Assembly: GCA_019428815.1 (NCBI GenBank)
Contig: JAHYJW010000002.1
Span: forward strand, 11,725 to 75,724
Reading direction: 5' to 3'
DNA length: 64,000 nt
Source: Patescibacteria group bacterium
GTDB taxonomy: Archaea > Nanobdellota > Nanobdellia > Pacearchaeales > GW2011-AR1
The notes beneath the pieces were generated by a model. The model did no database searches, was not told where the DNA came from, and saw nothing but the letters and a program-made list of their open reading frames with translations. A program made the position numbers and the translations under genes. This document shows positions 1-7,451 of this stretch, piece after piece. Numbering within the stretch: position 1 is the stretch's first letter; each line of letters starts with the position of its first letter.

Positions 1-1052
1 TGACTAGGGGTTAAAACTCCCCAATAGATATCATGAACAAGGATATCTAAAAAAGTGGCTTTTGCTCTTTTAGTTGTTTTATCTCCCATTGACATAAAAA
101 GATCAATCGCTTCTGGAGAAGGTTTTAATCTTCCCATTTTAAGTAATGCTTTCCAAGGTAAGAAAGTTCCTTTATCATAAAGTGGGACGCCATCTCGGAT
201 AAAAGTAAACATAACAGGATGTGCATCTTTAACAGATTCCCAAAAATCAGTGAGTAAATAAACTTGAACATTTAGAATATTTTTTTTAACTCCAGCTAAA
301 GCAGTTGCCTCAGCAATATACTGGTGAATCATTCCCCGAAGTCTTTCTTTAAGTTCAAGTCTAGGCATTCTTTTAACATCAGTATCATTGATAATCACAA
401 AGGAGTCTACATCTGATTCTTTAGTAGTCTCTCCTCGTACCAGACTCCCGGCAATAACGTAACTCACTACATATTTGTCAAATTTTTGAAGAACCAGTGT
501 TTTATGGATTTCTGCTACTCTTAATGAAGAAAGAATACCCCTATCATGTAAAGGAAAAGACATCCCTATGGCGTTTACAACTTCAAATTTACTATCAAGA
601 CAAAACTCCCATATATCCACAGGGGTTTTTATATGAATCCAAATTTCTTGTTTTGTTCTTTCAATCTCAGAGATAATCTCTTTTTTTATTTTAGGGATAT
701 CTTTGATTTTACTTTCTGGAACAATAATACATAAATGAACTTTTTTTTCAATTTTTTGAATTTCCGAGGGGGCAATATTTTCATCTATTTCTTCTTCAAG
801 AATTAATTTTAATGCTTGGGGAGGAAGGATTCCTATTGCTTCTATAAAAGGATATTTCTTAATCATGAATATTTTAATTTTCTCTAAATCTTTTTTTGTT
901 TTTTCGAATTCTTTCTGTGTTTTTTCAAGATTCACTGGGATATTCTCCCTTTTTGAAGAGTACTTATTAATATCCATACCCGGAATTGTTTCTTCACCCA
1001 CAATATTGTTGGTTTCTTTAGACTTAGAATTAATTTTATTGCCTTTATCCAT
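1..1052 (-). CDS. Nucleotidyltransferase-domain protein (Pol-beta/MNT fold), truncated by window edge
   Basis: Not in ORF track. Translated by hand from ATG at 1052 (MDKGNKINSK...), open to position 1. Contains IAGSLVRGETTKESDVD, matching the GS-x-x-RG...S-D-x-D motif. Confidence 0.75.
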   Translation of the reverse strand, partial: MDKGNKINSKSKETNNIVGEETIPGMDINKYSSKRENIPVNLEKTQKEFEKTKKDLEKIKIFMIKKYPFIEAIGILPPQALKLILEEEIDENIAPSEIQKIEKKVHLCIIVPESKIKDIPKIKKEIISEIERTKQEIWIHIKTPVDIWEFCLDSKFEVVNAIGMSFPLHDRGILSSLRVAEIHKTLVLQKFDKYVVSYVIAGSLVRGETTKESDVDSFVIINDTDVKRMPRLELKERLRGMIHQYIAEATALAGVKKNILNVQVYLLTDFWESVKDAHPVMFTFIRDGVPLYDKGTFLPWKALLKMGRLKPSPEAIDLFMSMGDKTTKRAKATFLDILVHDIYWGVLTPS

Positions 1053-1212
1053 CAATGAAATTATCCTTTTGTACTTATAAAGGTTTTGAAGAAATTGTCA
1101 AAAGAATCCTTTTTTAAAAAAATTATCTCAAAAAGAAAAGTGCTCCTTTAGTTGTTTTTACCCCCATAGAAAAAACTTAAAAGGGAGGAGATTGTTTAAG
1201 TTTAATCCTAAG

Positions 1213-1286
1213 GGTCCCGTAGTCTAGTGGTTTACGACGTCTCGTTTACACCGAGAAGATCGCAGGTTCGATTCCTGCCGGGACCA
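1213..1286 (+). tRNA. tRNA-Val(TAC)
   Basis: Acceptor GGTCCCG/CGGGACC, anticodon arm TCTCG-TTTACAC-CGAGA, T arm GCAGG-TTCGATT-CCTGC; CCA not encoded. Confidence 0.97.
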
Positions 1287-1345
1287 TACAACTTTTTAAA
1301 CAATCTTTTATAATTAATTTTATCATTTATTAAAAAGAATTTAAG

Positions 1346-1915
1346 ATGAAACCAACAGTAGAAATAAAAAAAGGTGAAAAAATTTCTAAGAAATTGTTTG
1401 ATTTTATGGACAAAGAGAGGATTAATCAGTATGGTAAGAAAACAAATCTTTTTAATAGAAAATACCACAAAAAAAGCAACTTCTTTTTTGTTAAAAATGA
1501 AAAAAAAATTGTTGGATTCGGATTCTTAAGACCTACTGAAATGAGATATAAAAACAAAAAGTATAATCTTCTTGCTCTGGGAGGCATAATGATAATTAGT
1601 GAAGAGAAAGGTCAGGGGTATGGAACAATTTTAATCCAAAATATGATTGATTACTCTAAAAAAAATAAAAAAACCATCCTTGGATTCTGTGAAAAGGATC
1701 TTGTTGATTTTTATGAAAAAGCGGGATTAAAAAGCAAAAAAGAGTTTAGTATTCGTATTGAAATGGAAGACCCAAAAACAAAGGAAAGGATTCTTGATGC
1801 AGATAAATGTGCAGGAATTTATTACGAAGGGAAGGAGGGATTTGTATCAAAAGTTATAAAGTCCAAAGGTGTTGCAACATATTGGATGCCAGATATTAAG
1901 AACCCCCATTTCTAA
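1346..1915 (+). CDS. GNAT family N-acetyltransferase
   Basis: Acetyl-CoA-binding motif EEKGQGYG and C-terminal FYEKAG. Confidence 0.85.
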   Translation: MKPTVEIKKGEKISKKLFDFMDKERINQYGKKTNLFNRKYHKKSNFFFVKNEKKIVGFGFLRPTEMRYKNKKYNLLALGGIMIISEEKGQGYGTILIQNMIDYSKKNKKTILGFCEKDLVDFYEKAGLKSKKEFSIRIEMEDPKTKERILDADKCAGIYYEGKEGFVSKVIKSKGVATYWMPDIKNPHF

Positions 1916-2022
1916 AAGGATGATATTTAAAAGCTTTAGTTATCACAGATTGTAAAATAGATTTAGGTAAAAAATCCCCAGAATTTACAAAACCTCGCCT
2001 TTGATACAGGTTACTTTACAAA

Positions 2023-2268
2023 TCATCCGTAAACTTTTTCTCTAGTATCTATATCAAACACTATCCAAATATTATCTCGTAACTCTAATAAAACTCTATA
2101 ACCCCCCACCCTAAGACGAAAACAACTTTTATAACCCTGTAATTTTTTAATATCAATTCTTTTTTCACTCTGCAGATCTTTTAATTTTGTATTAATGATA
2201 TTTCTTACGTTAAAATCTAATCTGAAATACTTCTTTTTTGCTTTACTTGAGAATTCAATTTTTTTCAT
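2023..2268 (-). CDS. relE: RelE/ParE family type II toxin
   Basis: 81 aa, basic, KKLQGY..FRLRVGGYRVL..R.KVY pattern; overlaps upstream small gene. Confidence 0.85.
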   Translation of the reverse strand: MKKIEFSSKAKKKYFRLDFNVRNIINTKLKDLQSEKRIDIKKLQGYKSCFRLRVGGYRVLLELRDNIWIVFDIDTREKVYG

Positions 2269-2473
2269 GCTCTGCTAAAATTTTATCAAAGGAAGTTGTT
2301 TCACTTTTTTTAAATTCATCTAGGGCTTCTCTCCTTAAATTTTCACTTTCTTTTGATAGGGGAAGATAAGCTTCGATGAAATGCCAAATGACATCATCAT
2401 AAGAATCCAACAAAAGCTGTTTTTTTAATTTCGTCATTGCAAGATGGGTTTCTTCTTTAATTCTAAGCTGCAT
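2255..2473 (-). CDS. Cognate antitoxin (RHH-like N-terminus)
   Basis: 72 aa, upstream of toxin and overlapping it by 14 nt; LRIKEET..L...SYDDVI pattern of archaeal antitoxins. Confidence 0.7.
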   Translation of the reverse strand: MQLRIKEETHLAMTKLKKQLLLDSYDDVIWHFIEAYLPLSKESENLRREALDEFKKSETTSFDKILAEHEKN

Positions 2474-2495
2474 ACAAAATGAATACTTTTTGTAT
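2472..2495. promoter_or_regulatory. Inverted repeat, candidate antitoxin operator
   Basis: ATACAAAA-N8-TTTTGTAT between the minus-strand TATA (TATAAATA) and the antitoxin start codon. Confidence 0.45.
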
Positions 2496-2562
2496 TTATA
2501 TACTTTTTGGTTTTAGTATACTACAAGGGTCTTTGTAAAAATTAAGTGTCTTATAAGATATC

Positions 2563-2604
2563 TTACACCGAGAAGATCGCAGGTTCGATTCCTGCCGGGA
2601 CCAT
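2563..2604 (+). repeat. Duplicated 3' half of tRNA-Val (attR-like)
   Basis: TTACACCGAGAAGATCGCAGGTTCGATTCCTGCCGGGACCAT identical to 1246-1287. Confidence 0.95.
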
Positions 2605-2666
2605 TTTTAGATATCTTTAAAAAGTTAAAGGACTATTTGAGTTTATAAAGGGGGTTTAAAATAGAT

Positions 2667-2855
2667 ATGGTTGAAGTAATTTTAGGAGGCATTATTGGTT
2701 TAGTATGTGCAATTTGGGTTATTTACGATGTATTTGCAAATAACAAGAAATTAGATACAGGTATGAAGGTTTTGTGGACTGTTCTTGCAATTTTCTTTAG
2801 CATAATAACTGCAATTGTGTACTACTTTATGTATAAGAATAAGAAGAAAAAATAA
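2667..2855 (+). CDS. Small 2-TM membrane protein, PLDc N-terminal domain-like
   Basis: IWVIYDV...KVLW...AIVYYF pattern; paralog of 6070..6282. Confidence 0.75.
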   Translation: MVEVILGGIIGLVCAIWVIYDVFANNKKLDTGMKVLWTVLAIFFSIITAIVYYFMYKNKKKK

Positions 2856-2927
2856 GGGAATTATACCCTAACCTTCAAAAATCTCAGTATCTTAAGAAAT
2901 TTGTTTATTTCTTAAATTAAAAAAAGA

Positions 2928-3107
2928 ATGGTTTTGATTAAAGAACCTAGCAGGTTAATACCTTTTATGGTAATACTTGGGATTTTGGTTTTATTCTTTT
3001 TCCCCGAACCCGAACAAAACTTTCTAGGGTACCTTTTAACAATATTTTTCTTTGGGGGGATTATTTTTTTTCTTTCTAAAAACAAAAAAGTTGAGAAAAA
3101 AAATTAA
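2928..3107 (+). CDS. Small 2-TM membrane protein (59 aa, not in ORF track)
   Basis: Hand translation MVLIKEPSRLIPFMVILGILVLFFF...KKVEKKN. Confidence 0.55.
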   Translation: MVLIKEPSRLIPFMVILGILVLFFFPEPEQNFLGYLLTIFFFGGIIFFLSKNKKVEKKN

Positions 3108-3261
3108 AAAAAGGCCATAATAAAGAATACCTGAACCCACTATCTTTTAAGCCCTTAAATTTTTTAGTCAGGTTTTACTGAATTTTTAGGAGAGTTTTAA
3201 ATTTTCTAAATTTTTAAAAACTATTAATTCTGTTTGATTAAGTGAATTCAGTTAAATTTAA

Positions 3262-3389
3262 GCGCGAGTAGTATAGTGGTTAGTATCTCTCGTTGCCATA
3301 TAACAGGATATAATATCCTTTTTGTTTCTTTTAATAGAAACAGAGAGTGTAAGAACGAGGTGACCCGGGTTCGAATCCCGGCTCGCGCA
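3262..3389 (+). tRNA. tRNA-Gly(GCC) with 56-nt intron (3299-3354) at position 37/38
   Basis: Acceptor GCGCGAG/CTCGCGC; spliced anticodon arm TCTCG-TTGCCAA-CGAGG; BHB with central helix TTGC/GTAA and bulges CAT and GAA. Confidence 0.93.
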
Positions 3390-3488
3390 TTCTACGCTTA
3401 GTGTTAAAAATAACCTTTTCTTCATTAAACAGAATGTTTAATTTTTATCAATAGGTAAAAATATATACTACGTTTACTTTAAAATAAT

Positions 3489-4250
3489 ATGGATGAAAAA
3501 TACATTTTGACCACTTTTGAATCAATAGGCATACCCAAAATGCAAACATTAGTTTATTTGGATCTTTTAAAACATAAAGCCTCCACTGCCACAGAGGTTT
3601 CAAAAAGAACAAGAATGCATAGGGCCAATGTATATGACACCTTGACAAAACTAAAAGAGAGAAATCTGATCTATGTGTCCCCCCTCGGAGAAAAACAAGT
3701 TTTTGCGGCTCTTCCAACAGATTTGATTATAAATAATGAAAAAGATAGACTAGAAAATTTAAAGTTAGCAATGGACTACATAAAGACAATTTATGTTCCT
3801 GAGCAGATTCCAAGGGTTTATACCCTTGAAGGATTAAGACCAGTAAAAAGCATTTTGTTCAGTCTATTAGAAAAAAAAACAGACGCCTGCTGGATATATG
3901 GGCTCGCAAAAGATGAGAATATGATGAATCTCCTTAAGGACAAATTAATGAACTCATTCCAGATAGAAAGAATAAAAAAACATCTCAGTCTTAAATTGCT
4001 TTTTTATAAATTGCCGCCGGAAGGGGAGCTTAAATCACTTAGTAAATTGAAATTTACAGAAGCTAGACTTTTACCCAAAAGTCAACAAGCAAAAATTTCA
4101 AAAATAACCCAAATTGTCTGTGGTAATTACGTTTATGTTACTCTATGGGTCGATCCTATTTGCACAATTGTAATTGAAAATGAGATTATTGCAAAAGAGT
4201 ACGCAACTCTTTATGAAATTCTTTGGGACCATTCTAAACGTTTAGAATAA
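3489..4250 (+). CDS. TrmB family transcriptional regulator
   Basis: N-terminal wHTH (VYLDLL..TATEVSKRTRMHRANVYDTL..L) plus C-terminal effector domain. Confidence 0.85.
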   Translation: MDEKYILTTFESIGIPKMQTLVYLDLLKHKASTATEVSKRTRMHRANVYDTLTKLKERNLIYVSPLGEKQVFAALPTDLIINNEKDRLENLKLAMDYIKTIYVPEQIPRVYTLEGLRPVKSILFSLLEKKTDACWIYGLAKDENMMNLLKDKLMNSFQIERIKKHLSLKLLFYKLPPEGELKSLSKLKFTEARLLPKSQQAKISKITQIVCGNYVYVTLWVDPICTIVIENEIIAKEYATLYEILWDHSKRLE

Positions 4251-4261
4251 TTTTTAAAAGA

Positions 4262-4291
4262 GTATAGTTCACTACTACACGGTTATATATA
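4262..4291 (+). promoter_or_regulatory. Shared promoter motif copy 1: GTAT-N6-CTAC-N7-TTATATATA
   Basis: Same architecture at 5393, 5819 and 15838 (minus). Confidence 0.7.
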
Positions 4292-4328
4292 CCTCTTAAC
4301 CCTTAATAGATTACAAGGGGGAATAAAA

Positions 4329-4706
4329 ATGACAACTAATCAAAGAATGAGAAACGATCTAGCTACAACTGAGAGAAGAGAAAGTGAAGATAATTTAAAA
4401 CAAGTTAATCGTGATAAAAATGATGAACTAACTATCCAAAGAAGGTATGATATCGATAATGGAAAACCTATAAAAAGGACAATGATAAATAGTCGGGATA
4501 AAAATGATTACTCTACTCGAGAAAAAAGATTCAAAGAAGATAAAGCAACGGAAAAGAGTAGAATGAGAAATGATGAAGCAACCGTTATTAGAAGAGAAGT
4601 AAAAGATGAAAAGGAAAGGATGCCCGCATTATTAGCTACTGTCTTATTTGTAGTTTTAGCCTTAGAAGTAGTGGTTATTGCGGGGCTTATTATGAATCTG
4701 GTATAA
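4329..4706 (+). CDS. Hydrophilic repeat protein with C-terminal membrane anchor
   Basis: Four R-x-[RK]-N-D-x-x-T repeats and a C-terminal hydrophobic helix. Confidence 0.7.
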   Translation: MTTNQRMRNDLATTERRESEDNLKQVNRDKNDELTIQRRYDIDNGKPIKRTMINSRDKNDYSTREKRFKEDKATEKSRMRNDEATVIRREVKDEKERMPALLATVLFVVLALEVVVIAGLIMNLV

Positions 4707-4738
4707 AAACTAAACATCTGGTTTGACTTTAAAAAATG

Positions 4739-4790
4739 GCTCCTGAAGGATGACTTAAAATTTAATTCTAAAAACCTTTGAGGAGCTTTT
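4739..4790 (+). terminator. Stem-loop followed by T-run
   Basis: GCTCCT-GAAGG ... CCTTT-G-AGGAGC then TTTT. Confidence 0.35.
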
Positions 4791-4804
4791 ATAAAAATAA
4801 TAAA

Positions 4805-5179
4805 ATGAAAAAACTAAAAAACAATGTTGAAAATTTGAATCTTTTAATTAAAAATGGTAAAATTCAAGAGGCATTTGAAAAATATTATGATGAAGGCGTG
4901 ATTATACAAGTAAATGGAAACCCCGGTATAGTTGGTAAAGAAAAAAATAGAAAAAGGGAAATGATTTTCCTCCAAGAAATAGAAAAATTAAATAATGCTG
5001 AAATAAAATCGGTTACTTTTGGTGGAAATGATGATAACGTTTCAATGACAGAATGGGCTATAAATATTGAAAATAAAAAAGGAGAACAAAAAATAATTTA
5101 TCGCGTGAATGTTCAACACTGGAAAGAAGACAGAATAATCAATGAAAAATTATATTTTTGTGGGGACCAAAATTTCTAG
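4805..5179 (+). CDS. SnoaL-like / NTF2-fold protein
   Basis: AFEKYYDE..G...R..E...SMTEW...VQHWK..IINEK.YF pattern; ATG 4805 preferred to TTG 4778. Confidence 0.75.
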   Translation: MKKLKNNVENLNLLIKNGKIQEAFEKYYDEGVIIQVNGNPGIVGKEKNRKREMIFLQEIEKLNNAEIKSVTFGGNDDNVSMTEWAINIENKKGEQKIIYRVNVQHWKEDRIINEKLYFCGDQNF

Positions 5180-5392
5180 GGTATAATCTTATACAATTAA
5201 ACAGTATGTAAAATAATAACTTTAGTACAAAAGAGGGTAAGATAAATAAGAAATCTTAATAATCTTTTAAACCTTCCTTGAAATAAGGTCATTAAGCTTT
5301 TTGTAAATTTTGAGGTCTAAAAAAATTTTTGATGAACAAATAATTATTATCTCTATTGGATTCTAAGGGGTAGTTTAGCCTTATACAACAAA

Positions 5393-5422
5393 GCGTCATT
5401 GGATACTACATTGTTATATATA
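5393..5422 (+). promoter_or_regulatory. Shared promoter motif copy 2: GCGT-N6-ATAC-TACATTG-TTATATATA
   Basis: Same spacing as copy 1; 40 nt upstream of ATG 5462. Confidence 0.65.
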
Positions 5423-5461
5423 CATTTTTTTCTTTAATAAAATACAAAATGGTGATTAGAT

Positions 5462-5824
5462 ATGTTAGACAATAATTTATGCATCTTATGCGGGGATTCT
5501 ATTTCCGATCCAATCTGTCGAGGTTGTTATATCCAACAAGTGGGAATTTTATTAAACGACTTAAAATTACATCCACTAGTTAGTGAAGTTATTTTAACTA
5601 AATTAAAAAGAAGATTTCCTATGGAATCTTTAAATGATACTTCTTGTATTTTATGTAATCGCGAAGAGGTAGTCTTATGTCGTTATTGTTTTTCAGTTCT
5701 CATAAATCGGATATTAGGCGAACTAAACTTTAGTGATGAATTCATTGAAGATTTTGGTTATAGAATTATGCCTGAGGAGATATACATGAAGAAATATTCT
5801 AAAAATCAGTTTTTTGGAGTATAG
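5462..5824 (+). CDS. Hypothetical protein with two C4 zinc-finger-like motifs
   Basis: CILC-x8-CRGC and CILC-x7-CRYC. Confidence 0.7.
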   Translation: MLDNNLCILCGDSISDPICRGCYIQQVGILLNDLKLHPLVSEVILTKLKRRFPMESLNDTSCILCNREEVVLCRYCFSVLINRILGELNFSDEFIEDFGYRIMPEEIYMKKYSKNQFFGV

Positions 5825-5848
5825 TATCATACAGCTTAGCTATATATA
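5819..5848 (+). promoter_or_regulatory. Shared promoter motif copy 3: GTAT-N6-ATAC-N7-CTATATATA
   Basis: Precedes GGAGG ribosome-binding site and ATG 5880. Confidence 0.65.
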
Positions 5849-5879
5849 ACAAAATAACTTTAATATAAAGGAGGATAAA

Positions 5880-6068
5880 ATGAATAAAAAAGGCATAACC
5901 GGTTGGTTGATTTGGGCAATACTGTTTTTGGTAGTGGCGATAGTTGCAGGGATATTTGGATTTGGAATTGTTTCAGGAATTTCTTTTACGATCGCAAAAT
6001 GGTTAGCAATAATCTTTGTAGTATTGTTTATTGTCACAATAATCGCTGGAACGATAAAACGAGCTTAA
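5880..6068 (+). CDS. DUF1328 (UPF0391/YtjA)-like small membrane protein
   Basis: WAILFLVVAIVAGIFGFGIV...IAK.L..IF.VLF pattern; GGAGG RBS. Confidence 0.8.
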   Translation: MNKKGITGWLIWAILFLVVAIVAGIFGFGIVSGISFTIAKWLAIIFVVLFIVTIIAGTIKRA

Positions 6069-6069
6069 A

Positions 6070-6282
6070 ATGGCATATGGAACAATAATCGGAATCATTG
6101 CACTTATCTTAGCAATATGGGTTATTTATGATGTGCTTACAAACAATAAAAAATTATCTGATGGTATGAAAGCTCTTTGGATAATTTGTGCTATTTTCTT
6201 TAGCATAATTACCGCAGTTATTTATTATTTCGTAGGCAGGAACAATCAAAATGATTTATTTAAAAGGAAAAAAAATGAATAA
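6070..6282 (+). CDS. Small 2-TM membrane protein, PLDc N-terminal domain-like
   Basis: Paralog of 2667..2855. Confidence 0.75.
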   Translation: MAYGTIIGIIALILAIWVIYDVLTNNKKLSDGMKALWIICAIFFSIITAVIYYFVGRNNQNDLFKRKKNE

Positions 6283-6367
6283 AAAAGGACTTATTGGACA
6301 ACTGATAGTAGTCATACTGGTGGTATTTGGGGGATATTTTTTACTTAAATATTTTGGGATAATATAG
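6275..6367 (+). CDS. 30-aa single-TM microprotein (not in ORF track)
   Basis: MNKKGLIGQLIVVILVVFGGYFLLKYFGII; overlaps upstream stop and its TAG overlaps the downstream GTG, exactly filling the operon gap. Confidence 0.65.
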   Translation: MNKKGLIGQLIVVILVVFGGYFLLKYFGII

Positions 6368-6570
6368 TGGAAAAATTTACAGTAGTAGTCATAATCGGGG
6401 TTGTTCTCCTTGTTCTTCTTGTGTGGGGATTAATAGGAAGTTCTCAAGTGTCCAAAATTGGCAATACTTGTGATTTGGGAATTAATGCTCAAGGGAGTAT
6501 TTTTTGTTGGAAGTGGCATAGAAATATGGTGGGGAACATTCAAGATACTTTAGACGATTTTTTAGATTAA
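6367..6570 (+). CDS. Small membrane-anchored protein with a Cys pair
   Basis: N-terminal TM helix, then C-x10-C. Confidence 0.65.
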   Translation: MEKFTVVVIIGVVLLVLLVWGLIGSSQVSKIGNTCDLGINAQGSIFCWKWHRNMVGNIQDTLDDFLD

Positions 6571-7065
6571 GTGAATAAAATGGAAAAAACGAAAGAAGAT
6601 AAATTAGATGAAATAAAAAATTGTATAAATCAAGAGGATAGTTTGTATTGTATACCTCGAAAGGATTCGGGATATTTTGAAAAAGAGAGTAAGGCAGAGG
6701 GGAAGGGTACAATACCTATAATGACCTATGGAGATTATATTATCTACCTAAAAGCAGAAGATTCAATTCTTCCAAAGATTGCCTTATCTAAATTCAATTA
6801 TACTTCAGGAACATTTGAGAAAAAATGGGGCCCGGAACATAAAACAATTGTCCTTACTCCCAATCATTCTAGTATTCGTAAAGTCGAAATCGAAATTCAA
6901 GGAATTGACATTCATAATATGAGGTTACTTCCCGATAAGACGGGGGATGTAATTGAAGATACAGCTAAGATAAAAATAACCAGACATTACCGATTTGAAG
7001 AGGGAAATTCTGAAAATAGGGAAGATTCTAGCGATGCTTCTCCTGGTGAAACTAATGCAAAATAG
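6571..7065 (+). CDS. Hypothetical protein
   Basis: 164-aa ORF abutting the upstream gene. Confidence 0.6.
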   Translation: MNKMEKTKEDKLDEIKNCINQEDSLYCIPRKDSGYFEKESKAEGKGTIPIMTYGDYIIYLKAEDSILPKIALSKFNYTSGTFEKKWGPEHKTIVLTPNHSSIRKVEIEIQGIDIHNMRLLPDKTGDVIEDTAKIKITRHYRFEEGNSENREDSSDASPGETNAK

Positions 7066-7352
7066 TTCTTATTTTAGGTAAAATTTAACGAGATGCATCA
7101 CAAAACACTATTAAATGTCCTGGGGGTATGAAAGTATTTTTAGGAAAAATTCTAAAGGAGGGGCTTATTCTTAAAAAGTGTTATAATTAATTTATACCCA
7201 AATTAGAAATAATGTTTATAAATTAGGGAGACATTGCCCCAAGGATTAAAAAGCCTATTAAAATAGCATATTATAATAACAAAAAGAACTTCCCATAAAT
7301 TAACGTTCACAGTCTCAAAACCGGTTACGCTTAAACCTAAAGATTAATAAAT

Positions 7353-7432
7353 GCCCACGTCGCATAGTGGTATTGCACGGCACTGGAGATGCCGGCCCTT
7401 TGGGCTCCCAGGTTCAATTCCTGGCGTGGGCG
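7353..7432 (+). tRNA. tRNA-Ser(GGA)
   Basis: Acceptor GCCCACG/CGTGGGC, anticodon arm CGGCA-CTGGAGA-TGCCG, variable arm GCCC-TTT-GGGC, discriminator G. Confidence 0.95.
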
Positions 7433-7451
7433 TAAAAAATAAAAGAAGAAT

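Larger units (their letters stand above)
1246..2604. mobile_element. Small tRNA-Val-integrated islet bounded by att-like direct repeats, no integrase
   Basis: Identical 42-bp repeats at 1246-1287 and 2563-2604 flank the GNAT and toxin-antitoxin genes. Confidence 0.8.

Noticed and set aside
1232..1468. ORFs overlapping tRNA genes (1232..1468, 17205..17408, 17281..17565)
   Set aside because: They are translations through tRNA-Val and tRNA-Asp sequence, not plausible proteins
2518..2525. Extra ATACTAC words at 2518 and about 3465 as further regulon sites
   Set aside because: They lack the upstream half-site and the correctly spaced TATA box
7066..7352. Intergenic gap as SRP or RNase P RNA, or a pseudogene
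   Set aside because: One imperfect long-range stem only (about 7118-7130 with 7232-7245); no SRP or RNase P consensus; hydrophobic minus-strand fragments too short to call
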